Below, piece after piece: positions 12,901 to 26,753 of a stretch of 64,000 nucleotides of DNA. Source of the DNA: Eledone cirrhosa (Eukaryota); assembly GCA_964016885.1 (NCBI GenBank), contig OZ024745.1, positions 87,296,001-87,360,000 on the forward strand, read 5' to 3'. The translations under genes and the position numbers were made by a program. The notes under the pieces are model-generated. The model did no database searches and was not told the DNA's origin. It was given only the letters and a program-made list of their open reading frames with translations. The number at the start of each line of letters is the position of its first letter. Within the stretch, counting starts at the first letter, position 1.

Positions 12901-14010
12901 CCTCCTGGTCAGTCCGTGTTAGCATTTGAATGCACATTTCTGACCAGTCTGCATGCCTATTCCTAACCAGTTCTCTCTTCCCATTCTCTGTATTTGCAGT
13001 ATGGTGGTCTTCACCTCGATTCCAGCCAGTACAGATGTGGCCAGCCAAAGTATGGGCATGTCGGGCGGCACCTGGGTAACTTTGACCCACACAATTTTCT
13101 GCCCGCAGTAAGAGGGCACCAAGACTATCTCCTCACTCTTTAGGGTTTCCAAAGGGTGAGACTTCGCCTCTTGGGGGGTGGCGAAAAGTACGTCTACTGT
13201 GCCGTACTTTCTGCCTCGGGTGACGTGAGTTTTGCGCGCCCAGACGCACCCCCAAGGCCTTTTGGATTTGAGCCTCCGTGGCTCTCTCCACCCGATGCAA
13301 CATTTTGTTTACGGTGCGGTAAGTCACCGTGCGCAGTTGCTGGTCTTTGAAGAAATCGGGTGGAGGTTTCAGGGAAACTCTGTTGTCGTTTCTCGACACC
13401 GTGGCTCTTGCGACTGCCATCTCCTCCTACGTGACTAGCATTGTTTCTATATTTCGAGCCACACCTGCGAAAGAAGTGGCCCCTTTTTCAGCGGCACCAA
13501 TATTTCTGCCGCTACTGGTCTTGTTGTTGTTGGTTACTGCTACGAACGGTGTTGTTGGTATTGTTGCTGTTATCACTGTTGTAGTCGGTTGTGTGTTTGG
13601 TGCCACCGTTGTTGTTGTTTTCAGTGCAATTTGTATTGTTGCTGTTGGTGTTGTTGTTTATTTTCTTGTTAGTGGTGTTAATATCGTTGTTGCATTTGCT
13701 GTCATTTTTTATGTTGTCTGTATTTTGGTTGACGCTGTTATTGTTGTAGATGGTGTGGTAATTTTTTCGAAATTAGTGTTCTCAGTGTTGTCTTTATTCA
13801 CGTTGTTTGTGGTGGTGTCTGTTGTAAGAATGTTTGTAACCCTCCTCACAACTTTTACGCCGTTGTCAGACGACAGCAGACATATTGCTGGGGGCGTGGC
13901 TCAGCCATGTTTTTTTTTTATACAATTTTTTTTTTTTAATATAAAATGTTCAAATATTTGGGCCAAAAGGCCCAAATATTTTACTTTCCCCTTCACAGGT
14001 TAAAGTCTAA
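9957..14010 (-). mobile_element. Degenerate Tx1/L1-clade LINE (ORF1 about 11915-13900; ORF2 from 11877, frameshifted, 3' part missing)
   Basis: MAVLRIGSINIRGL (APE start), LVGDWN, SYLD, GPGYWK, KSPG, SKAFD and LLGVWFG fragments homologous to the ORF2 at 51115-54529; Q/T-rich ORF1 remnants. Confidence 0.9.
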
Positions 14011-14324
14011 GGGCTTATATGCCTTTCACACAAGAAATATTTAACAACAAATAATTTTAACAGGCAAATAAAGCGACTTACTGGGAGCGAGAAAAAGGCG
14101 TCCGAACAGACCGATAATAATAATAATAATAATAAAAATAAACAGAAGAAAAATTAATTTTCACATACATGTTCATTCAGAAAAGAGAGTTCATTTCTCT
14201 GTACATCCTTCTCTGCTAATAGCTTGGTTGTGACTGGTAGCAGTTGGGGGGGGGGGGGGGTAGAAGAAGGAGGAGGCAGGGGATAGTTGTATATATATAT
14301 ATATATATATACATATGTGTAATA

Positions 14325-15335
14325 AATGAAGAATTAGAAATAGAAGTTAGGAATATTCATCATCAGTTATCTACTAGCCATCATAGGTATTTCTTCGCAT
14401 TACAGACAATATACATCCAGCTAGGGCGATACAATAACTAAAATAAGTTATTGGGATAAAAAGAGTTGGGTGGAGAAAGAGAGACAGGTAAACTAACACG
14501 AACGGTGAGGCAACGTAAAGAGAGGAAAAAATGAAAACATCAAGTCAATAATTCATTTTGAACATAAGAACGGGCGAATTTTGACGAGGAGATAAAAACA
14601 CATCTTAGCCGTGCGGATGTGAGCGAGGAAAAGGATCTCGTACGGTGTGGGACGATGGAGGAAGTGAGAGAGAGGGTGAGTAGCAGAGAGCGAGTGAATG
14701 AATTTTTATCCCAATAATTTAATTTAGTTATTGTATCGCCCTAACTGGAGATATATTTCTGTAATGCGAAGAAATACCTATGATGGCTAGTAGACAACTG
14801 TTGATGGATATTCCTAACTTCTATTTCTAATTCTTCATTTATTATACTTAATTGGAACAACACAGCTCGCCATTTTTGATTCATATATGCTTTCCCCTTC
14901 GCTGTGACCTGTCTTTTTTCTCTTCCCTTACTGCTATCCTCTTTCTCTCTCCTTCTCCCTCTTACTTTCACTCACCCCCTCTGCTAGTCACCCTCTCTCG
15001 GCTAGCCTCTTCCTCTCTCTTCCCTTACTGCTATCCTCTTTCTCTCTCCTTCTCCCTCTTACTTTCACTCACCCCCTCTGTTAGTCACCCTCTCTCGGCT
15101 AGCCTCTTCCTCAACACTTTCACTCACTCACTCTTTGCTACTCACCCTCTCTCTCACTTCCTCCATCGTTCCACACCGTACGCGATCCTAGCTGGAGGTA
15201 TATTGTCTGTAATACGAAAAAGTACCTATGAAGGCTAGTAGATAACTGATGATGGATATTCCTAACTTCTATTTCTAATTCTTCATTTATTATACTTAAA
15301 CTGCAACAACACAGCTCGCCATTTTTGATTTATAT
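14325..15335. repeat. Repeat family with one inverted and two direct copies, each holding the permuted HHR-like motif (14350-14424 -, 14741-14814 +, 15188-15262 +)
   Basis: Shared ~150-bp core ctagc..aggta TA ttgtct..GAAA tacct..gctag t agataa CTGATGA; the direct copies are 447 bp apart. Confidence 0.75.
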
Positions 15336-15789
15336 ACATAGGTATATAAATCAAGGTAGAGCCATGTCTCAGTGGAAATATATATCAGACGACCAGAGAA
15401 ATAATTGTATCTAAATAACACTGTAGATTGTGTAATATATAACTATATACAGCAACTCTATCTACTGATTGAGTGTTCTCTAGATTTGGATATTCTTTAA
15501 TCAAGTACACTACACACATACAGACACACACGCGCGCGCGCGCGCATATCTATATATGTTATATACAAGAATACACCCACGTAGATATATATTATACTAT
15601 ATTATATTATATAATATTATTTGTTACTTATGTTTTAGTGGTGGTGTTATTACTGAATACCTTTGAAAGGTTTCTTTCTGATATATAATAATTGAAATTA
15701 GCGAATCAACGGCATCCTTTGATTCTGTAAATCAATATCAAATTTGATAAAACCTCAATTTCGAGGGCAACAAGGGTTAAAACAAACAA

Positions 15790-15970
15790 TAATTGTTTCT
15801 ACTATTGGCACAAGACCAGCAATTATCCCATGCATTACTGGTACTTTATTTTATCGACCTCGTAAGGATGAAAGGCAAAGTTAACCTCGGCGGGATTTGA
15901 ACTCAGACCATAAAGGGGCGTAAATCTATGCTGCAAAGCATGTTGTCTGACCCTCTACCGATACTGCCAA
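15790..15970 (-). mobile_element. tRNA-derived SINE
   Basis: B box gagttcaaatcc and conserved body gcctttcatcctt..ggtcgataaaataaagtaccag; same family as 41398, 42427 and 56672. Confidence 0.85.
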
Positions 15971-16170
15971 ATAATAAACAATCTAATGAAGAGAAGAATA
16001 TGAACAGGAAGATGTCAGAAAGCGTGTTGATTTAGAGACATATTAAACCAATGAACATCGCTGGAGCTGCCCCTCGTTTCTCATAACAACCATTGCCGTT
16101 TCTCAATGACGAGGTTATGATTCTAGATATCTAGTAATGTGATATGTGGGGAACTATGCTTTTAGTTTTG

Positions 16171-16228
<58 letters not shown>

Positions 16229-16244
16229 TATATATATATATATA

Positions 16245-17673
16245 AGGGACGACCTAGATATGCTCAATCACCTCCCTAATATGCCCCTTTCTGAACAAAC
16301 CCTACTAGTGACGTTCGATGTAGTCAACCTATACTCCAACACCCCCTACAACCTAGGAATAGAAGCTATCCAATTCTGGCTGGATAATTACCACAATGAA
16401 CTCCCACAACGCATCAAAAAAATTCGTGATAGAGGGACTCAAATTTATCTTGGAGAACAATTACTTCGTTTTCAATAACAAACCCTACAGGCAGAAATCT
16501 GCGATCGCAATGGGAACGAAAACAGCCCCCACTTATGCCAACCTAGTGATGGGATACCTGGAAATCATCTTCTACACTAAAGTCCTAAGCACATTTGGAA
16601 ACACTCTCCACTTACACATAGAAAGGAACTGGAAGCGATATCTAGATGACTGCTTCATCCTTTGGCACGAAAACATCGAGAAACTTAAAGAATTTCACCC
16701 CCTTATAAATGGGCTCAATACGAATATTAACTTCACGATGGAATACAGCCATCAACAACTCCCCTTCCTCGACATCCTCATTAAGATCCATAACAAAAAT
16801 AGAAACATACATATACAACAAGCCCACAGACGCCAAGCAATATCTTCCTTTCAACTCTTGCCACCCTAGACACGTTAAAATTAATATTCCCTACAACTTA
16901 GCCAAGAGAATCTGTACTACTTGCGGCTACAAGAACTAAAGGACACACTCATAGGCAGGGACTACCCTGCATCACTAATTGACAATGGAATCCAACGTGC
17001 CCTAAAACTCAGTACCCAGGACCTTAGACACCCTAAAGTAAATCAACCGAAACTAAAAGCTCTTCCATACATCTCCACACACAACCCCCTCAACAATGAG
17101 GCCTTTGACACCATCCTCCAGAACATCCCTGTGTTGAAAAAGGACCATAGAATGAACCAAATCCTACGAACACACGATATTATAAAGAGCAAAAGACAAT
17201 CTAAATCAATGAAAAACATCCTAACACATGCCAAAGTACTGCCAACCACAACAACGAAACCCACAGTAAAAAAATGCGATAGACCCAACTGTGGCATATG
17301 CATCAACCTAATAGAGGGTTCGGAATTATATTTCAAAGAAGGACAACGTTTTATAGTAAAACACAATTTCACATGCGCATCAGAAAATCTAATATATGTA
17401 TTAACTTGCTCAGGTTGTGGAGAACAAATCATAGGCCAGACCAAAAACAGCCTCCGCCAACGCATGACTGTCCATAGATCCCAAATTAAAATACGGGAAT
17501 ACAGGAAAATACCACTGAGTGAACACATTGATACCTGTGCCGCCCAAAATCATCCCAACTTCAGAATCTTTCCCCTCTACAAATTTAAAGATAATGCCAC
17601 CCACACCCAGCGCATCAGCAGGGAATCTTACTTTATTAACAAATACGGACCCCGTCTAAACACTTCTCCCTAA
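16245..17673 (+). pseudogene. Penelope-like element RT + GIY-YIG endonuclease ORF (Neptune-like), frameshifted, 5'-truncated
   Basis: LVTFDVVNLYSN, AMGTKTAPTYANL, WKRYLDDCF, LPFLDILI, Zn motif CDRPNCGIC, LIYVLTCSGCGEQIIGQT, RES.FINK...LN. Confidence 0.92.
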
Positions 17674-18202
17674 GACGAACCCACAACATACACACGTCAA
17701 CATACATACCTACATCAGCATACATCTCTATCCACATATAAACACAATGACATACGTAAACACACATGTTCTATGGTGCAACACAAATATACACAAAATT
17801 GCATACCTTTTTATGTCTATAGATATAAACGTGCCGACACACACACATACATAAACGCACACATGCATTGCACACTGATGGGCACATACATATTTGTACA
17901 CAAGTATTCCAATACGGCAAGGCCTAATGGATTCCCCTTGCAGTACGTACAATCTGGACACTCACGCACACCTTGGTATTATGCCAATACTATATATCAT
18001 TTCACACCTTTTATTATTAAGGTTTTTGATGTTCTATTGAGAGAATCGTTTTTACTGAAAATATCGAATAATGTACACCATTTTACCAGTATCACAAAAA
18101 TAAATACTGGTCCACCCACACACACACATTCTCTCACACACACACACATATATACACACACATATACACACGCGTACATTAACATACAAAGAGACATATA
18201 CA

Positions 18203-18285
<83 letters not shown>

Positions 18286-18794
18286 CTCCGTATAAGACAA
18301 GAGCTGAAAAATATTTTTTAACATGTTAAAATATCCCCCACACACTTACAGACACATTCCTACTGACTACCCCTCTACCACGAATTACTCTGCTACACAC
18401 ACACACACACACACACTTGTCTTAATAGGCATTTGAACTGTCAACAGGCTGCGGTTCGCACACACATCCCTGCTGACCATTATCACAACAACGAACCTCT
18501 TTACTACTACTACTACTACACACACACACACCATATTTGTTTTGAAAGACTTATTTTTCAGTGACTTCTCAATCAGCCGAACAAACCTACGTTTGGCGCA
18601 AAATCAATTTCTAACATTCACATGACCTCTACCGACCAATCAAAATTGTTTTGACCACAAGAATTTTTGCAACACGGATTGGCGCGAAACTTATTTTAAT
18701 ACCGCTGGAGCCACTTTTTTCACATAAAAACAGGTAGAATTTCCAAAACTAATCAGATCAGAGCAAACATCACGGACGCTCTATCTCAAAATTA

Positions 18795-18830
18795 TTTTTG
18801 AAAAGCATTAGAAATGCGCAACCGGTAAAA
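18795..18830 (+). ncRNA. Degenerate minimal HHR (U3-A8 core) downstream of the Penelope ORF
   Basis: ttt TTGAAAA gcat-tagaa-atgc GCAA ccgg TA aaa; GAAA is mutated to GCAA; palindromic loop CCGG. Confidence 0.45.
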
Positions 18831-18938
18831 CTTAAAACCAAAACTGAATACTAACCAATACTATTACTAATTCTCACTTATTTCTAATTAAACTATTTTT
18901 CACTGTGAACAATTTGTCAGCATTTTCTTTTCCATTTA

Positions 18939-19003
<65 letters not shown>

Positions 19004-19035
19004 GTATATATATATTTATTAAAATAACAGATTAA

Positions 19036-19086
19036 AGTTTAAGCAAAGAATCGCTACTTTCACCCTTAATGGGATCTTCTGAAACT
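19036..19086 (-). ncRNA. HHR variant (CAGAAGA core) in a short copy of the 43.5-kb Penelope 3' end
   Basis: aguuu CAGAAGA uccc-auuaa-gggu GAAA gua..ugc UU aaacu. Confidence 0.55.
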
Positions 19087-19178
19087 AACAAAGTCAATCT
19101 GTAAACGCAGAAGTGGATATTTCAAAAAACGTTGCAATCGAGCCCTCTTTGGATTTTAGTCTTCACATTTATTATTAT

Positions 19179-19280
<102 letters not shown>

Positions 19281-20603
19281 GTGTGTATAATGGTAGGTAC
19301 GGTGATTCCATAGGCGTTATGCCAAAATTAGCACTCAATATTCATACAGAGCAGGGTGTGAATAGTATAAAAAAACCAAAAATCAGTGATGCATCTGGAC
19401 TCAGTTTATTGCGTCTTACAATTGTTTCGCCGGCAGGCAGCTCGAGACATGATCACTGTATGAATATGGCTGATTCTACGGTTGCAGATTCCTTCTGACA
19501 CATGAAATTCTTAGGATTCAAATTTTCTCACTGGGGTGTTATGTTAAAAAAAAACACCTTAAATAAACGTCTTCCACTCTTGCCATGCCATTGGCTGTTG
19601 TTTTTCTACGTCATCATACGTTCTGGTCACTATTTACTGCTACACTGGCCATCAGCCATTTTTCATCCGACACACTTCAATGGAGCCATGCTGGGTTTGG
19701 TATCTCACACGTCTGCTCACACTCCCGAGTATGTACCCACATATACACACACACATACACACGTGCAGACAGACACACATGCATGCATACACAAATGTAC
19801 GCATACATGTGTAGACACACATACCGCCATTCACATATATACACAGACACACTCTCCCTCTCTTACACATACCCAAGCACACCCACATACCGACCACCAC
19901 CTGCCTATTGGCTCTGCCTAAACATCCCCTTACATCCGGTCCCACACGCACGCATACGCGCAAACACGCGTAGACACATACGCACACGTATACAAAGACA
20001 CATATCGGCGTTCAGGCACATCTGCACATATATACACAAACACTCACATACACAGGTACACATACGCACATACACGCAATTATCCTTATGGATAGGCATC
20101 AATGACAGACACACTTCCAAAGACATAAGCACACATACACACACATACAAACACCTATACATATATCTACCCACAAGTACATGTACCCGCATATAAACAC
20201 ATAGACAAACCCTGTCTAATGTGGGTGTACATACGCACCCACACACACACACCCACTGACAGATAGACACACCATATATATATATATATATGTGTGTACA
20301 TAGACACACACACACATACAAACGCATGCATACACATATACATATATGTATACGCACACATATATACACACATACATGCATATACACACATATGTCTATA
20401 TGTGTACACACACACACACAAACATACACATATACACACACATACGCACACACACATACGTACACACATATACCTACGCATACCCTTATATACATATATA
20501 TATATACATGCACATACATACAATATACACATACATACACATGAATACATACACACACACATACAGACATATATAGATAAAATTTTACATGCATACACAT
20601 ACC

Positions 20604-20667
<64 letters not shown>

Positions 20668-20682
20668 TATATATATATATAC

Positions 20683-21428
20683 AAGCGGAGCTGCTGATGT
20701 ATACCACAATTTCAAACTGCAAGCCTTGAGTGATACGTTGATGTAAATAATGATCTTACAATCACATGTTATATGCCTTGAAAAGTCCCACTATATGGTC
20801 GGACGAAACGGCTGTCGGCAATAAACTTGTTATAATGTCATAATAGTTCCTTTGTTCTTTTTCACTAATATATATATATATATATATATATATAAAGATA
20901 TATGATAAAATAATACATAATAAAATGAATATATAAACCATCCGCACACATTCCTGTGAGATGTAAACATATATATATATATATAAATAATTTATATATA
21001 TATAGAGAGAGAGACCTACATATACATACATACACGCACACACATACATACATACGCACCCACATACACACACATACAAACACCTATACATATATCTACC
21101 CACAAGTACATGTACCCGCATATAAACACATAGACAAACCCTGTCTAATGTGGGTGTACATACGCACCCACACACACACACCCACTGACAGATAGACACA
21201 CCATATATATATATATATGTGTGTACATAGACACACACACACACAAACATACACATATACACACACATACGCACACACACATACGCACACACATATACCT
21301 ACGCATATCCTTATATACATATATATATATACATACACATACATACAATATACACATACATACACATGAATACATACACACACACAAACAGACATATATA
21401 GATAAAATTTTACATGCATACACATACC

Positions 21429-21478
<50 letters not shown>

Positions 21479-21668
21479 CATACATATACATTTACATATA
21501 TATACACATACGCACACGGACACCCACATGCACGCACATGCACATATACATATGTGCTTACACACACAAGCTTGCACATATACATATATAAACAAAACCG
21601 TAAAATAAATATACAATACACAATAAAAATACAATATACAATAAAATAACAATATAGTATACAATATA

Positions 21669-21761
<93 letters not shown>

Positions 21762-21963
21762 TATATATATATATATACAAGCGGAGCTGCTGATGTATAC
21801 CACAATTTCAAACTGCTAGCCTTGAGTGATACGTTGATGTAGATAATGATCTTACAATCACATGTTATATGCCTTGAAAAGTCCCACCATATGGTCGGAC
21901 GAAACGGCTGTCGGCAATAAACTTGTTATAATGTCATAATAGTTCCTTTGTTCTTTTTCACTA

Positions 21964-21994
<31 letters not shown>

Positions 21995-22190
21995 TATATG
22001 ATAAAATAATACATAATAAAATGAATATATATAAACCATCCGCACACATTCCTGTGAGATGTAAACATATATATATATATAAAAATATATATATATAAAT
22101 AATATATATATATAGAGAGAGAGAGAGACCTACATATACATACATACACGCACACACATACATACATACGCACCCACATACACACACATA
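20683..22190 (+). repeat. Microsatellite-rich direct duplication (1096-bp spacing) of an HHR-bearing ~190-bp module
   Basis: 20683-20865 equals 21779-21962, and the downstream sequence is also duplicated. Confidence 0.8.
20774..20820 (+). ncRNA. Minimal type I HHR with U3-A8 core (second copy at 21870-21916)
   Basis: tgcc TTGAAAA gtcc-cac(t/c)atatggtc-ggac GAAA cggctg TC ggca; GUC site, followed by aataaa and (TA)n. Confidence 0.75.
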
Positions 22191-22389
22191 CTCATACACA
22201 GCTATATATATATATATATACATATATATACACACACCCACATATGTACACACATGTACATGCTTGCACACACACATATATAAACTTACGCATATACGTA
22301 CACATGCACACATACACCCACCCCACACACGTATATATATATCACCACGTACACATACGTATACATACGCACATGTCTACACATATAAA

Positions 22390-23262
22390 AACAATAAGAT
22401 AATAAAATAAAATAAATTTACAATATGTTAAATTACATTAAAATCTGTATATAACTTCACAAAGAAATAAATAAAAAATGGGTGGAGGTTGAGGAGGAGG
22501 TACGTGTGTTCATGTGATATACTGAACACAGGTAGTATGAGGTGCAAACTTAGGTCAGTGTATGGAACAAACAACAACAACAAAACAATAATAACAATAA
22601 TAATAATAATTGTTCCCAACAGGAACATGTGGAGAGTATATTTTCACGATTGACAGGGTACATGTTCATGGGGACGCTTGGCCCGGTCACCTTGGGGTAT
22701 GCCACTGTGGTTGGGGTGTGCTGTTCTATATGTTTGGGGTATTTGACTGGACGACCTTGGACTCCGTGTTATTCGGTCCCGGCTTGCACCTCGGTTTATT
22801 TAGGTTTGCCACACGGGGCGTATAATGTCATCAGGGTATGGTGACATGTCCCTTAATCCCGTTAGGCCGCTCGGCTCTGTGCGCACTCCGTCTCACGCCC
22901 TTGTCCTGTGCTACCCGGACGATCCCATGCTGCAAATGTACATCTTCTCTAGTGTCTGCAGGTCATGAGAATTTCAGACTTCAGATTGACCGCGTCATCT
23001 TTCAGTCTTACTATCTCCATGGTCTCGTGTAGGCATAATCGGCACTTTCTACTTCCAGCCGAGTATGCCCTCGCATGCCGAACGATGCTCCATTCCAGGG
23101 CGTACGGAGTGCCTTGGTCTTTCAGGTCCCACACCAGGTCCGCTAACCTGTGGATGTAGTGCAGGTTGTCGTTTGGTTTCCTGTATGGGTAGTACAGATC
23201 ATTTTCGAGGTTAAGGGTAACGTCCAGGAAATTGACTCGGGACGTTTGTAGGGTGATTTTAA
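22390..23262 (-). mobile_element. Penelope-like fragments: inverted RT-thumb piece (~23153-23262) joined to the GIY-YIG C-terminus and 3' UTR of another PLE
   Basis: VNFLDVTLNL..YYPYRKPNDNLHYIHR followed directly by LADLVWDLK..LEWSIV.HARAY..SRKCRLCLHE..NLKSEIL.TCRH. Confidence 0.85.
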
Positions 23263-23267
23263 TTCCC

Positions 23268-25019
23268 CACCGGCAATGTAACCATCCTAGAAACATCACC
23301 AATAACCTGGTTACAAACATCTCCCTCCGCATATCTCGTTTGTCCGCTAATGAGCAGATATTCGACGAACACGCCCTCAAGCGGAGTGGCTTCCGGGAGG
23401 AAATATCCTTTTGTCCAGCTTCCCTTAGCGGAACCAGCAGGCGACACCACCGCTCACTCAACGTAACGTGATTCAATCCTCCCCATAATGCCGAGGTGGC
23501 AACACCTATCGGGAATATCTTCTTTAGACTCCTCGAAAAACACTTCCCACTACAACACCGCTACCACATCATAATCAACAAAAACACCATCAAACTCTCC
23601 TACAACACCACATCTAACTTCGAACAAAACATCGTCTCCTCAATCAACAAAAAAACTCAAACCCTATGAAAGAAATAACCTAGACATCAGTGGAGAGCCG
23701 ACCAGGTGGTGTAACTGCCCTGATAGATCTACGTGCCCCCTCAACAACAAATGCCGAGAACGTAACGTTATTTACCAGTGCAACGTGAGGACGGACACCT
23801 CCAACAAAGCTTATAAAGGATTAACCGCGTGTGACTTCAAGACCCAACTCTACCAACACTGACATACTTTCCGAAACCCATTCCGGCGACATGTCACTAC
23901 ACTTTCGGGCCACATCTGGGACCTCCAAGATAATAATATAACCTACAATCTGACTTGGAGCTTACTGTCCAGAGCTAACTCTTACACGGGAGGACGCCGT
24001 CCGTGTAACTTATGCTCGGAGGAAACATTACAAATGTTGTTTTCGAAGGACCAACTCCTAAACAAGAAAGACGAACTGGTAACCGCATGCAAACACAGAT
24101 TGCGTAGGACTTACCTTGCCCTCAAACCCCATAACGACCTGCGTGGGTAGACAAGGGCTAATACCCCCCCCCCCCCACATACGCACTTGCCGAATAAGTT
24201 AGGGGAAATCTCAGCTTATTTGGGTAGATGTATCTCTTTTCTTTTGCTCTTTGTATTCTTCTTCCCCATGTCTCATCCTATCACTTCCTTCCACCCCCTA
24301 TTTTCTTCCCCGTCTGATTTTTCTCTTTCGCCTACCCCGATGCAGCCCATCGGGCCTCTGTAGCATCAGTTCTCCCACTCTTGTAATTTTAAGATAGAAT
24401 TGGCCGAATACGTTTTAATAACTACTTATAGCAGATGTGTTAAAACCCTATAATTTTGTATCAGTTTTGTTACAACTCAATTTCTACAAGTTTTTTTCTA
24501 TTCTCAACTTATTAACCTGTAATTGTAAGATAGCATTGTGATTTTTTTTTATTCATTTCTCACTATTTAATTTTATATATGTTTTTTATTTATTTCTATT
24601 ATCTTTTATTGTCTCCTACTCTCATTCGATATACCTATTCTATAACCTCCATCCTCCAAGTCATACACTATCCTTAGAATCTGCTGTATACATATCCCTT
24701 TCAACGCTTGACGTTCCACTCACTCCCCTATTGTTCTACAGGCAAGTTCAGCCACCCCTACCTCCCACCAAATGCCATGATAGACTTGATTGTGTTTACA
24801 ACAAATTTTAACGAATCCTCTTGTGAACTACAATCTTCCCATATAATGAAGTACCCACTTGACAAGTTCGACTAAAAATTCTAATTTAGTCCAGAAATAG
24901 CCGTCGAAACGGCTTGAGGTCTGTCGTCGGGGTCATACATTTTCCTATTTCCCACACCCTAAGTATTGAGTACTCTGTTGCGTTATGGTCCATCTGGTTC
25001 CTTACCACAATTCCTTTGT

Positions 25020-25020
<1 letters not shown>
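23268..25020 (+). mobile_element. Degenerate Penelope-like element, 3' half (ORF remnants to ~24150, then 3' UTR)
   Basis: HRQCNHPRNITNNLV..ISLRISRLSANEQIF, FNPPHN, HFP, TIKLSY, CNC..CPL..KC, VIYQC, CNLCSEE, NKKDELV.ACKHR. Confidence 0.85.
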
Positions 25021-25051
<31 letters not shown>

Positions 25052-25940
25052 TAATTCAGCGAGAATCGTATTTCGGCCGGTAGAAACGAAACGCAAAATC
25101 GTAGAAATATTGGCAAGCGCTCAATAGTTAAGAAACCTAGAGCTAAAGAATATGTTAAAACGCCATACAAAGTGAAAAAGTGGTTAAGAAGGCATTAACC
25201 ACCTAAGCCAACAAACAAATCAAGCTAAGCAGGTCAAACAAAATAAATGATAAAAACAGACCTGGACCCAAATGGAATTGATGGTAAAATCCAAATGTAG
25301 GGTTGCTATGACATCTAAATCAATAATACTGTCTGCTTAAAACTATAAGCTTTCAGCATAAAGATCGAACGAGGAATATCACGTTATCAACAGATAATTT
25401 TGCTCTGTAACCAATTTGCGAGTGACGCAGAACTTTGGCAAATGAATTCAGTATGTTTATATCAGACAGAACATTGCATATATAGCACAAATCGAATAAG
25501 TACTCAACCGGGTAGTTTTTAAAATAAACTTATGCAATTAATCTGTCAATAGAATTATTAACAGGTTAATTGTAAGACTCGGGAGATTAATACAAATATA
25601 ATTCAGCGAGAATCGTATTTCGGCCGGTAATATATATATATATATATAACGGAGGAAGTGTAGTAGAGTGAGTAATAGGAAATTTCTTAGCCCCGACGGC
25701 AGAACTCAACCGTTTTGACGGCTATTTCTGGACTAACTTGAATTAGTCCAGAAATAGTCGTCGAAACGGCTTGAGCTCTGCCGTTGGGATTAAATATTTT
25801 CATATATATATATATATATGCCGTTGGGATTAAATATTTTCATATATATAGATATATATGCCGTTGGGATTAAATATTTTCATATATATAGATATATATA
25901 TAAATATATATATAAATATATTTATATATAAACCAGATAC

Positions 25941-26011
<71 letters not shown>

Positions 26012-26104
26012 TGTATGTATGTGTAACGAAGGAATTGTGGTAAGGAATCAGATGGACCATAACGCACCAGAGTACTCAATACTTAGGGTAGTAGAGCTCA
26101 TGTA

Positions 26105-26147
<43 letters not shown>

Positions 26148-26753
26148 ACAGGAGAGAAGAAAAAATGGCTTCATTTGTGCTTTCAACAAATTTATTTTCT
26201 TCACAAAATCCCAAAAGAATTTTTTTCCGGATTAGAAAAAAATTTTTTTCTTAAAAAAAATTATTTTATAAATTAAGTTAGGTCTTAGGAGTTCTTGGTT
26301 AACGTAGGAGGTATTGTTTCGTTTTTATAACGACCTTTCACGCTGAGGTGCGCTTGTCAAACTGATGTGTATGTGGTGTGTTGGTCTATATATAGGGATT
26401 TAACATGTCTGTGGTGTGGTGGTTTTTTTTGTTTTTTTCCTCCCCCTTTTAATAAGTGTATGGGTGTAGGTGTGTTGAAAAAGTGTTAATAGCAGTAATG
26501 AGTTGAGACGGTGAGTAAGGTTGGATGGGGAGAAATGTAGCAAGTGCGGCCTGTCCCGGTCATTCTCGAAAAATTCCTTTATTCAGGGGATTCCTTTGTG
26601 TTGAGAATGGTCACAGGCAAATCGCACCTGCCAAGTTTGTAAACAATTATTGTTTTGTGAAGAATTTTTCTACGTCCATCCCACCTGACACACACATACT
26701 TAAATTTCCGGACAGCACACCCCTCACATACGAAAAGGAACATTCCCTTCAAC

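Noticed and set aside
13329-14003. 224-aa hydrophobic ORF resembling a membrane protein
   Set aside because: It is the antisense of the A/C-rich (N/T/Q) LINE ORF1 region.
19500-22330. Many long ORFs rich in YI/HT/CV dipeptides (also at 33.5, 35.5, 39 and 46-48 kb)
   Set aside because: They are translations of (TA)n, (CA)n and (TACA)n microsatellites that lack stop codons, with no protein signal.
24855-24920. TTGACAA - gactaaa/tttagtc - GAAA - agccgt/acggct at the 3' end of a Penelope element
   Set aside because: The location and half the motif fit a U3-A8 HHR, but I could not assign a clean UH site and stem I; it may be a decayed copy.
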